A DNA stretch of 64,000 bases from Octopus bimaculoides (lineage: Eukaryota). Positions 12,235 through 24,337 of the stretch are shown piece by piece (position 1 is the stretch's first letter; every line of letters begins with the position of its first letter). The translations under genes were made by a program, and so were the position numbers. The notes beneath the pieces were generated by a model. That model was not told where the DNA came from and ran no database searches. It was given only the letters and a program-made list of their open reading frames with translations. The stretch lies in assembly GCF_001194135.2 (NCBI RefSeq), contig NC_068989.1, positions 7,411,516-7,475,515 on the forward strand, written 5' to 3'.

Positions 12235-14565
12235 TCATACAATAGCATATTGCTGGTAGACAAGGTCCCGAATTACAAAATAGTCTGGGCACAAAGCCCC
12301 TTCCAGCTGTAATTTGCCAGCCTCATTCTTTCTAATAGCAACTTTGTTATTACAGATAAGAACCCCAGCTGTGAACTCTGCCTGGATCCCAGCTTGTAGA
12401 AAGAACATCTTCAGATCTGAAAGTTTGGGTTCATTGATAAATACCGGTGTGTGTCCTGGTTGTTTGTTACTCGGAAGAGCTTCGAGCGTTGGAACATGGA
12501 TGTGAGCTTCTTCTTCCTCCTTTTCTGCATCTACATTGTCTTCTCTTTTAAACAGATCCATTAATTTCTTCTTTTCTAATTCTTCTGCTGCGGGTTCTGT
12601 TTCTTCCGGTTCGTAACGTGCACTTGTGTCTGTTTTGGCTTCTTTCAAGTCCAACTGGCCCTCGATCCAAGCCAGCTCAGCATCTCGAGCACGAGAAAAT
12701 GTCAGTGCCGACACTACGTAGTCCTTTAACTTCACCTGATAAATATGGCTCTCTCGAGTGGCATCAACAATGTCACCGACATGTGGAGCAAATATACGAG
12801 TTTGAGACAAGCAACCACTACTTAAACAGAACTCTTCCAAACTCTCCGTGGGATCTGGTCTGCCATGGATTAGGATTAACTGGCGTGGTTTAATCTGTGT
12901 TATGATTTTACGAATTGACTCACCATCCGATCGACCCTCGAAATCAATGTATTTTACATTGGCATGGATTTCCAATGTTATCGTAGACGACACACATTTG
13001 GTTGGTACTTCAGACATGTCCTGCATGGCTTCATCTTCCGGAACAGATTTTTCTTGTGTGACTTCTTCATCAGCAGGAGGCAGATCTAATATCATATAAT
13101 CCTCAGTTCGAATAATTTCACCGCATTCATCCCACTTGAGTCTTTCTTCATAAAACGGGAACATTGGGTAAGCTTTCTTTGCTTGTTTGAAAAAACCTGA
13201 CCGAGAGTTTCGGTCACTTTTCATCATGAGATCATGTTTAGCTTTCGTGATGTTGCTGGACCCCTCCACTTCCATTTCCAGATCGCTATCATCGCTTGAT
13301 TCCATGTCTTCTGCCTCACGCTTGGCTTGTTTAGTTTTGAGTCGTTCTTCTGCTTCCTTCTCTTGTTTTTTCTTCAGGTATTCCTCCAATTCACTTCCTT
13401 CTAATTTCACACGGCGCCTCATTTCAACAGTCACCGTTTTGTCTTTCGGGTGATCAATAAGCCACCGTGCCAATGTGCCTATTGAAGTACGGCATGTTAG
13501 AATGATGCTGTTCTTGGCGTTACCACACCATCCCATGAAGAGATCTCGAGCAAAGCCACACTGGAGGTCTGGCATGCTGGCTAAAACAACTTTAGGTTCC
13601 ATCACTTTGGATAACTCTGCAAGATTGTGACACAACTTGAGATGTTTAAAATGGAAAGGGTTGTTGCGGTGGTCTTCAAAAGCACGCATGATTTTATCGC
13701 TCATCCACTCCACCTGTGACTTCGCAAACTCAACCACATTGAAGCTCACGTTATTTAAAAGAGCTAAAGAATAGGTGGACAGTCCAGAATCGGGACTACG
13801 CCACATTTGGTCAAGAAGCTGAGCCAGTTCCAGAACACGGCCTGATGTGTCTACAGCCACCAAAACGTTACCGTTATTCCTCATGGTCGACAAAATGGTA
13901 GTCATGAGTTGTTCATCTCGCAGACGCCGCCGAGACTGAGTATAAGTGGAATTCAAGGAGTCTGTAATCAAAAGTGAGGGTCGATTGATACTCTCCAAGA
14001 CACAACCGTTCAAGTGCCGCTCTTTTTTGTGGTTATAATCAACAGCATAGACAATTTCTTCTTCGTCTCCATCTTTTACTATTTTCCATATCGTGCCGCC
14101 AATCATGTGACCAGCGGGCAGAGGTGTTATTTGTAAACCTTGACCTTTTCCTTTCAAATTCACGGTCTGGCTGTATTTCAGCTGAGTGATTTTATCAAAC
14201 GCTGCATCGATATCATCTAAGGTAAATATATTGAACTCCTCGTTGTTATGCCTCGACTGGTATAGATCATACATAAACATCTGTCCCATTTTATAAACGG
14301 GAATCGTGGCGTAAACGGGACAAGTAAGACCGCATTTTCCGACCATGTACGGCAGAGCCCCAAGATGATTGTGATCGGGGTAGGTCAAGAGAACAGCATC
14401 GATGAGGTGGGCATGCCGCTTCAGTTCGCGGATGTATGTCATGTTAAAATCTTCGTTCCAGCCACAATCCAAAAGAAAACGGAACTCGTCAACCTGCAGG
14501 AGGTAACAGGGAGGGGATTCATCGTAAGCACCAGAAAACACTTGTAATTTAACAATAGAAGTCAT
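12235..14565 (-). CDS. CPSF2: Cleavage and polyadenylation specificity factor subunit 2 (CPSF100), 776 aa, single coding exon
   Basis: This is one uninterrupted ORF beginning MTSIIKL-like [36 protein letters not shown]. It contains the MBL and beta-CASP motifs ([45 protein letters not shown]) and the typical C-terminus ([23 protein letters not shown]). Confidence 0.97.
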   Translation of the reverse strand: MTSIVKLQVFSGAYDESPPCYLLQVDEFRFLLDCGWNEDFNMTYIRELKRHAHLIDAVLLTYPDHNHLGALPYMVGKCGLTCPVYATIPVYKMGQMFMYDLYQSRHNNEEFNIFTLDDIDAAFDKITQLKYSQTVNLKGKGQGLQITPLPAGHMIGGTIWKIVKDGDEEEIVYAVDYNHKKERHLNGCVLESINRPSLLITDSLNSTYTQSRRRLRDEQLMTTILSTMRNNGNVLVAVDTSGRVLELAQLLDQMWRSPDSGLSTYSLALLNNVSFNVVEFAKSQVEWMSDKIMRAFEDHRNNPFHFKHLKLCHNLAELSKVMEPKVVLASMPDLQCGFARDLFMGWCGNAKNSIILTCRTSIGTLARWLIDHPKDKTVTVEMRRRVKLEGSELEEYLKKKQEKEAEERLKTKQAKREAEDMESSDDSDLEMEVEGSSNITKAKHDLMMKSDRNSRSGFFKQAKKAYPMFPFYEERLKWDECGEIIRTEDYMILDLPPADEEVTQEKSVPEDEAMQDMSEVPTKCVSSTITLEIHANVKYIDFEGRSDGESIRKIITQIKPRQLILIHGRPDPTESLEEFCLSSGCLSQTRIFAPHVGDIVDATRESHIYQVKLKDYVVSALTFSRARDAELAWIEGQLDLKEAKTDTSARYEPEETEPAAEELEKKKLMDLFKREDNVDAEKEEEEAHIHVPTLEALPSNKQPGHTPVFINEPKLSDLKMFFLQAGIQAEFTAGVLICNNKVAIRKNEAGKLQLEGALCPDYFVIRDLVYQQYAIV

Positions 14566-15568
14566 TTTGTAATCAGGAACGGAGTAAACAAATTTTTAAC
14601 AAAAGGCAATAATGATCTGTGTATTTTGCAAACAGCGTGACAGTCAGGAAACAGAGAATGCCGAGTTAGCTATATGTATATTTATATATATATACATATA
14701 TATATTTATATATACATATGCTTTGTATGTGATGAACGTTAACGTTACTTCAATGGATGGAATTTAAAAAAAAAAAAGAAGTCTTTCCACACTTAGCTTT
14801 TTACAATACAGCCAAGCTGTTCGAGAGGGTAACACAAAAGTCCAGAAATAAAGGTAATTCCAATAGAGTAAGGAAAAAAATAGTAATAAACCGGTTAATT
14901 AAAGATAAAGACAGCCGCTTCGGAAGCCGACGGCAGTCATTTTTAAATAACAATAGATTACTTCCCTTGAATCAGTGGAACTCTTGTGGAAAAAAACTAT
15001 GGAATGTTAAAAGGGTTTCCACTATTTCTTCTGAGTCCTGGTTCTTGGAATTGTTCATTGATTAAATGTTAATGGATGATTTCATTATTTATAAAAGAAT
15101 TTAATGCTGACAAGAAATACCATTGTTGTGTTTATTATTTTCTCATTTGTTATGTGATGTATGTCAATATGTAGGTATATGCGTCACCAATTTTTTGCCT
15201 TTATTTTTTCACCTTAAATTCTGATATAATTACAATCTACACACTCTGAAAAGTATTTGTAAAATATTTCCTTAAAAAAACAAAATAACCTTTTTCTGAA
15301 AGTTATGAGGAAACAAAGTCAATGGAGAACACTTTTATAGAGATACTAAACAAAAAATTCGCAGATTCAGATGAGCATCCGTAGAATTGACGATGCTGTA
15401 GATATTTTCGAATTTGCTTAACTCATTTTTCTCCAAAAAATATGTTTTTATAAAATATTAAATACTATCTTTATATATAATTATAAAAATTAGCTCAGAT
15501 TCAATCTTATTTTAGATGCGAACATTTCTATCTGAATAAGTAATTATTCTAAATAAATAAATAAAAGT

Positions 15569-15576
15569 GCGGGAAA
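15569..15576 (-). promoter_or_regulatory. E2F consensus motif (TTTCCCGC on - strand) immediately 5' of the DSCC1 ATG
   Basis: GCGGGAAA at 15569-15576 matches TTTSSCGC. It lies in the roughly 1 kb CPSF2/DSCC1 divergent intergenic region. Function is untested. Confidence 0.4.
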
Positions 15577-15577
15577 T

Positions 15578-18500
15578 ATGGCTGGTCAAACAAATGCTGG
15601 TGGCATTGACTTAAGGTTAGTCTCGAACTTTTCTCTCATTCATTGTATCTTTTTTCACTTCGTCTTCGTTAATTCCCAGCTCTTTCGGTGTTTGTTATGA
15701 GCTTCGATTCTATTATCCTTAGTTTCTTCCAAAGTCTTGTTTTTACAAGAAAGAACGCAAAATAATAACGAGTTAAAAACGAGGCATTTATTTTGTTTAC
15801 GTATTTCACAGGCGTGGCTGTGTAGATAAGAAGCTTGCTTTACAACCACATGGTTTCAGGTTCATTCCCACTACGTGGTACCTTGGGCAAGTGTCGTTCT
15901 TCTGCTATAGCCCCAAGACCGACCAAAGCTTTGCGGGTGGGTTTGGCAAACGGAAACTGTGTGCCAAATCTGAGTGGATTTGGTAGGCGGAAACTGAAAG
16001 AAGCCCGTCGTATATATATNNNNNNNNNNNNNNNNNNNNNNNNNNNNNNNNNNNNNNNNNNNNNNNNNNNNNNNNNNNNNNNNNNNNNNNNNNNATATAT
16101 ATATATATATATATATATATATTTCTTTCCATCATAACAAGACACCCATGTCTATCCCCTCTTTAACTTAAATCCCTCAACTGGCATAATACCATGACCC
16201 CTGCTCAATACTACTCCCCTCCCCCAGTTGAGGGGTTTTGTTTTGCAAGCTGCTTGGTGTCCCTGTCAGTGCTGGTGACATGGAAAAGTCACTGGTGCAG
16301 GTGCCAGTCATCGAGTATGGTTCAATTACAATTAGCAAGGCATCCTGTATAGTTATGGTGCTAAAAAGCACAGAATTATTAATAGTAGACTGTTATTTCT
16401 GTACTTTTAAGCACTATACATTGACCCTAGGGCTATGGTAGAATTGCCCAAGATGGCATACAGTAGGACTAAACCTGAGACCACATAGTTGGGAAGATAA
16501 CTTTTCAGCCACACAGCAATGGCCATCTCTGCAGTGACAGAAATATCGTTGATTCTTTTCTTACCGTTTTGTGTTTTTTCTTTATTTTATTATTATATTT
16601 ACAGAACTGCTGAAGAAGTCAAAAAGGTTTTAAATTATGCTAAAATACAACCATCTGAATTTAAACCATTTGTACAATGTATCAACTTCTCTGAGAGTCT
16701 TGAGAATGAGAACCTCAAACTTTTGGAAATCGATGCGTCCATCATGGACTCCCTTGTTGAAGGACAGCAGTGAGTATCATTGCATTTTATTTCAATTCTG
16801 CGGTTTTATAGTTTTTTTAATATTTTCTACAAGATCATCATTATAACAACTATTTTACTGTGTTTGTTGTCTGGGTCAGATGGAATTTGTTTCTCCATGG
16901 CCTAAACATATCTTTATCGCAGCTTAGATATGAAAGACACCAGTTGCATGACAGTGACACTTGGTTACAGCCATCACGTGATGTCAAAGAAGTAAAACAC
17001 ACATACATACATACGATGGGCTTCTTTCAGTTTCCATCTACCAAATTCATTCACAAGGTTTTGGTCAGCCCACTGCTATAGCAGAAGACACTTGCTCAAA
17101 GTGCCATGCTGTAGGACCGAACCTAAAACTATGTGGTTGGGAAACAAGCTTCTTATCACTCAACCATACCAGCACCTGATGACTATCATCGTCATCATCA
17201 TTGTTTAACGTCCGTTTTCCATGCTGGCATGTGTTGGACGGTTTTACTTAAGACTGGCAAATCAGGATGCTGCACCAAGCTCCACTGATCTGGCAAGGTT
17301 TCTACAGCTGGATGCCCTTCCTAATGCCAACCACTCTGAGAGTGTAGTGGGTGCTTTTTATGTGCCACTGGCATCGACCACGCTTGAATGGTGCGTTTTT
17401 ATGTGCCACCAGCACAGGTGCCAGTCAAGCTGGTGATGATGATGAGGGTTCATTTACTGTCTGTTTTCCATCCTGGCTTGGATTGGATGGTTTGACAGGA
17501 GCAGGTCATGCCAGAGAGCTGCACCAGGCTTCAATTGTCTGTTTTTGCAAGTTTCTACAGCTGGACGTGCCCCTACCAACACCAACCACTTTACAGAGTG
17601 TACTGGCTGCTTTTTACATGGCTCCAGCACAGGTGTTTTTTTTTACATGGCACCAGCTTTAGTGGAGTCGCCAAGTATTACTATTGTGATAGTATTATAT
17701 TGGTTTCCAATGCTCCATTGTAATTTCCCTTCTAAATTTTATGCTTGACCCTTTATTACTACTCCTTCTCTTTTACCCTTAGTGTTGTTATCCGTGGTGA
17801 CAAAGCAGATGGAGCTGTACTCTGTACAAAAGAGAAGACGTATGAACTAAAAGAAGCAGAAACCTCCAATTCTTTACTCATCTTGCCAGACTGTGTCACC
17901 GAGAATCTGGCTTCTGATGGAGAATTAACTATAAATCATCTTCAGGTAAATTCTTTGTTCATTTGTCTTTGGTTTTATTTCCTGTGTGAAAGGCAGACTA
18001 AAACTTCTGAATACTGAAGATTAGTTACCATCAATATTATTATTAATATAGTTCTATATTTAAGAGACGAGGAATTATGTACATTATTTACATTTGACGG
18101 ATATTTGTCCTCATCTTGTTTGTTGTTAACACAATGCTTCGGCTAATATACCCCCAAGTCAAGTGTCACATAAAAAGCACACATTACACTCTCAGAGAGG
18201 TTGGCATTAGGAAGGGCATCCAACCGTAGAAACCAACCAAAAACAGACTGGAATTTAGTGCAGCCTTCCAGCTTACCAGTTCCAGTCAAACCGTCCAACC
18301 CATGCCAGCATCAAAAGCAGACGTTAAATGATGATCATGATGATGAAATATATATATATCATCATCATCGTTTAGCATCTGTTTTCCATGCTGGCATGGG
18401 TTGGACGGTTTTGACAGGAGCTGGCCAGGCTCCAGTTGCCTACTTGGTATGGTTTCTATGGCTGGAGGCCCTTCCTAATGCCAACCACTTTACAAAGGAC

Positions 18501-21500
18501 ACTGGGTGCTTTCTTATGTGCTACCAGCATAAGTACATTTTATGCGGCACTGGCATGAGTGCATTTCATATGGCACCAGCATGAACATGTATCATGTGGC
18601 ACCAGCACGAGTGCATTTTACATGGCACCAGCACCTGCAAGACAAAGACCTCTCAGCTGGAAGGGAAGTGGGCAGTCTCAAGAAACTCCACCTGACCTAG
18701 ACAACCATAGAAAAGTGGACATTAAAATATGGCATAGTGGCTAAGAAGGCAGGCTACTAACCCCAAGATTCCTAGTTCGATTCCAAGCAGTGACCTGAAC
18801 AATAATAATAATAATAATAATAACATTGAAAAATACCTTAGGAATGAGAACCCAGGTTTGAAATTTCCCCAAGACACCTGCTGAAGGCTGGAGGGTATAT
18901 TAGCCGAAACGTTGTGTTAACAACAAACAAGATGAGGACAAATATCCGTCAAATGTAAATAATGTACAACAATAATCTTCTAATCCATTAATGCATAGCT
19001 GACAGAAATGTTAGCATGCCCGCCGAAATGCTTAACGGTATTTCGTCTGCTGTTACATTCTGAGTTCAAATTCCACCAAGGTCGACTTTGCCTTTCATCC
19101 TTTCAGGGTTGATAAATTAAGTACCAGTTGCGTACTGGGGTCGATCTAATCGACTGGCCTTGTGCCTAGAGTAGAAAAGATAATATGTATAGGTGATCAC
19201 CTAATTCTATGAGTTTATAAATCTGTTTGCAGCGACAATAATCTTGTAACTCATAGCATCCAGAAAAATGGATGCAGGAAAAATTACTATTGCATGGTAA
19301 GTAAACTTCCCAGTGCTGTATAAGTAAGCAGGCACTGCATAGAAATAAACCAACTGTACACACGTACGAAACAAGTAATAGTAATTTTTCTTGCATGCTA
19401 TGCATTAATGGGTTAATCTTTAATCTTTATTCATTTGTCAATGTTATGTTCTACAGGTTGTTTCTTCATTAAAGACTTACTATGAGATGAAACCCTGCAG
19501 AGCGAAACTGGAAAAACTGCGACATGTGTTGGAAGAAAATATTTACAGCGGTCAGGAGTGTGAAGATGATGAAGCACACCAGGGCAAAAAGGTGGATTTT
19601 GACACCCAGTTTAATATAAATATCTGTGTGTGTGTGTGAGAGAGAGAGAACATATGTAGCATATGTGTATGAGACGGTCTGGCACAGCTGTTTNNNNNNN
19701 NNNTATGTAGCATATGTGTATGAGACGGTCTGGCACAGCTGTTTTGGTACCACCCAGAACCATGTGGTTGGTAAGCAAGCTACTTACCACACAACCACTC
19801 CTGTACCTACAGAAAACACAAATGAAATGATAATTGATCAATAAAGTTTATTAATCTGTGCATCAAATACATTTCATCCTGTATCAAAATTAGAAAATTC
19901 TGATAGGAATGTATGTCCACCTCATCCCCACTTGATAACCTATGTTGGTTTGTTTATATCCCTTTGACTCGGCAACTTGGCAAAAGAGACCAACAAAATA
20001 AATACCAGACTTAAAATTAGTACTGGGGTCAATAATCCAATGACCTAAACAACCAAAAGAAGAAATTAAGACCAGTAAATCTATAATACATTAAAAGTGA
20101 AGTTCAATCTTGCTTGCTTGCAATGTTACACAGCCAAACTGGCACATAATGAGAAAATACCTTGAAAGTAAAGTGCCCCTGAAATGTGAATATAAAACAA
20201 GTTGTGTAAATCCGACCAGTAGTTGAGATATTCAGGGTTTTGGGGGTATAAATATCCAAAATGGTGCATAATGGGAAAATACTCCAAAAATAACTTAACC
20301 CTGAAAGGGAAGAAACTCTAACCTTTCCATTAGACACATTATGATGGGCAAAATATTTGAAAATGACTTTAACAATATTGTAAATATTTCACAAGACACC
20401 TGTTTGTAACCTCCATGTGAAATAGCTTTTTTNNNNNNNNNNACAACTGTTTGTAATAAAGGACCACGAATGTCTGTTAGGTGGTAGCAGGGCATGCAAT
20501 AAATAACTTTCCTTTTCTGGGAAAAGGGTCCATTTACGTGTGATTTCAATGTCCCCTTTGTTCAAAGCATGTAAATTAACATAGAAAAGCAAACAAAACC
20601 CACAAAACAAAACTCCGTTGCTAGGAAACCCAATGGATTATGAGTTGTCTAGTATTGATAGAAACTTGCCATGTTTCAGACAAAAGATAAAGTATATGGA
20701 AGATCTGTTTGACAACAAAATATTTCTTTCCACATTACAGTACACCACAGAGGACCTGCTTGATATTGTCCAGGCTAGTGAGAAAGAGCTGTTTGCAGGG
20801 TTGAAAAAGTTAAATATTTGTTTTATAAACGGTAAGTAGTTGTTGTTCTTCATATTTTTGCAGTGTGTCTATCATAGAATGAACATTATTGAACTATAAT
20901 TCTGGTGATTGTGGAACAGATGTATCACTTGGTTTCACATCATAACTTGATCCCTGGATGCTTTCAGTGGATTAAGGGTCTCAGGCTGCAGGATAACTGC
21001 TTTTTCTTACAGTTTTTCTTGTACAGTGTCAGTGTTTGTTAGAGGGTACAAGTAGAAGTCGTTCTCCACCCTGAAGAGAACATCTATCAAGAGCTCAGGT
21101 CTTTTGGGTAACAACTCAAAAAGCATTTTTTCCCATATTTGCTGAATATAAATATATACCTTTGTGTAATATCCTTTTCTACTCTAGGCACAAGTCCCGA
21201 AATTTTGGCGGAGACGGGGCCAGTAGATTAGATTGACCCCAGTGCGCAACTGGTACTTAATTTATTGACCCTGGAAGGATGAAAGGCAAAGTTGACCTTA
21301 CTGGAATTTGAACTCAGAACGTAAAGGCTGACAAAATACTGCTAAGCATCTCACCTGGTGTGCTAACGTTTCTGCCAGCTCGCCACCTTAATGATAATAA
21401 TAATCTTTTCTACTCTAGGTACAAGGCCCAAAACTTTTGGGGAGGGGGCTAGTCGATTAGATTGACTCCAGTATGCAACTGGTATTTAATTTATCAACCC

Positions 21501-24293
21501 TGAAAGGCAAAGTCAACCTTGGCGGAATTTGAACTCAGAACATAGACAGATGAAATGCCGCTAAGCATTTTGCCCGGCATGCTAACGTTTCTGCCAGCTC
21601 TCCGCCTTATATCTTTGTGTAATATTGCAGTATATTGCATGTGATCCATGTTCAGCTCATCTGATATAGGTGAAAAAAAAAAAACAATACTTTTGCATTT
21701 GACCTTTGCCTGACATGGTGAACATGGATCACATGCTACCTAGGGCCTCCTTCAGTTAAAGCTGACCATGCGTAGTATCCTTGCAGTTTTCAGTTCAGCT
21801 GGAGCAGTGTCTCTGGTAGCTAAACCTATATGTGAGTAACAGTCTCTCTCACATAAAACAGTGGTTCCCAGAGTGGGTGGTACTCCACCCACCCCTTGAG
21901 GGGNNNNNNNNNNNNNGGGAAAGATCCAAGGGGGCATTGAAGAAAAATAAAATGAGTTTGTGTGTTGAAACAACGACTATTGAAAAGGCTGCAAGACGCA
22001 ACAAAAATTTTAGAAAAATAAATAAGTAAATGAATGGAAACTTTACTGGTGAGTGTGTTAAATAATAAGGCACTAAAGGGGAATGACTCTCCCCAAACAC
22101 AACAAAATGTATTTATTAGTTTCTTTTTTGTTTTCTTTTGAGCAGGTTATTGGCGCATGCTTGACTTTGATTTCAAAAGTCAGGTTCTTTCCCACATCTT
22201 ACAGCTGAGTGAAGAGGAAGACGGCTGGATGGATTCTGGAGTTCCATTGGATGCTTGCTGTCAAATACTTGAGGAACTTTATCTTAGGTCAGTAGGAGTT
22301 ATTTGCTAGAGTGGCGAACAGAAAGCCACACAATATTTTGTTTCACTCTTCACTTTCTGAGTTCAAACCCTACCAATGTCAGCTTTTCATTTTATCTTTC
22401 TTGGGTTGATAAAATAAATTACTAACAACAAACTGAGGTTCATTTTACTCGATTCTACTTCTCTCAAATTTCTGACCTTGTGCTTATCATCATAATCATC
22501 ATCATCATCATCATTATTATTTAATGATTGTCCTCCAATGTTTGGCATGGGGTGGGCAGTTTGACCAGAGGTAGCAAGTCAGAAAACTGCGTTTGAGGCT
22601 GTATTGTCAACTTAATAAGTAATAAATAATAAGTACTATTCAAGCGTTGGTCAATGCCAGTGCTGCCTGACTGGCTCCTGTGCCAGTGGCACGTAAAAAG
22701 CACTATCCGAACGTGATCAATGCCAGGCCCACCTGACTGGCTCCTGTGCCGGTGGCACATAAAAAGCACACACTACACTCTCGGAGGGCATCCAGCTATA
22801 GAAACCTTGACAGATCAGATTGGAGCCTGGTGCAGCCTACTGGCTTGCCAGTCCCCAGTCAAACCATCCAACCCATGCCAGCATGGAAAACGGACATTAA
22901 ACAATGATGATGATGATATTAAACATGACTTGACATGAATCAACTAATTTTAACTTGATACGAACCTTTTCAGGGTTGATTCCAACCGTTTTATCTGCAT
23001 AAGTTGACATAAATGGTTTGATGCTTTTTCTAACTTTTTTCTGTTTCATTTCAAAAGATGTGTCATTGAACATGTTCTCAAGTGCTATACTGATGAAGTT
23101 GATGGTGTAACAGGTGAGACTCAGTCTTTACTTGTTTTTTTTTTTTGTTTTTTTTTTTTTTGCATTTTATTCTTTGTAATTGAGGTATTTATATATAGGC
23201 GATGGCATGGCTATGTGGTTTTGTGTTCAATCCCATTGCATGGCACCTCGGGCAAATGTCTTCTACTGTTATCCCTGGGCTGACCAATATCTTGCAAGCA
23301 AATTTGGGAAGGAGTGATTTGGTTATCATTTCTAGCAAATTGAACAATTTGACTCTCGTGCCAGTATATTATTTCTAACCCCGGGTCAACTGATCGAGCA
23401 GATACAGGATCAAATGGCACCCCAGCCATGAACGTTTTGTCTCTTTTGTTTTTTAGACATGGTATATCTAGGATCACATTAGATAATGTTTCCTTGAAGA
23501 TTGTAGGATGTAATTTGAGGGAAATTTCAATGTTATTTCTAGGCTGTTACAACAACATAAAGCAGCATTGTCATTCTAAAAAGTAAACCCAAGTATTCTA
23601 CCTTTTTTTATGTTCAGACTGGCCAGATCTGGCCTCTCACACCTATCCTATAATGTCATTGTAAACATTAACAATCTTGTCATCAACATCTCAGGGCTGT
23701 AATTGTTTATCAATTTGTAAATTTTGTTTTCTCATTCTTTCAGGAAAGCTTTATAAATTGAGTGAAGATAAAGTCTGTGCCTTCTTCGCTGAGCTGACAC
23801 TAAGGAATGCTGGGAAGGTAATGTATTTTAAACTGATTTCTTATCACACACACACGCAAATTAAGTGATTGTGTGATTGTATACTTTTCTTTTTGTTTTT
23901 TCTCAGTTCAACTTGGCTGAGTTCTTGGAAGTCTGGAAGCAGTGTGTTCCAGAAGGGATGACAACCAACCTAAGACAGACCGAAGTAAGTCACATGATTT
24001 CCGTCGTCATCATCATCATCACTGTTGTCATTGCTGTCATCCTTATCATCATCAAGTTTTCCTTGCTCACATAAATTGTAATAATTTACAAGACCGCAGC
24101 CTCCTCAAAATTAATCTTAGGTAACACATCTGCACTTAGCAGAAATAAAGGCATCCCAGATAATTATTTCAGCAAGTTTAAGGTGATTTCTTTTGTGCTG
24201 TAAACCATTTATCATTTCTGTGTTGCCCTCTTCTTCTCCTGATCCCCTAAGCACATGCTTATTTCGTTTAATGGCTAATCCAGCACTGCTATG

Positions 24294-24337
<44 letters not shown>

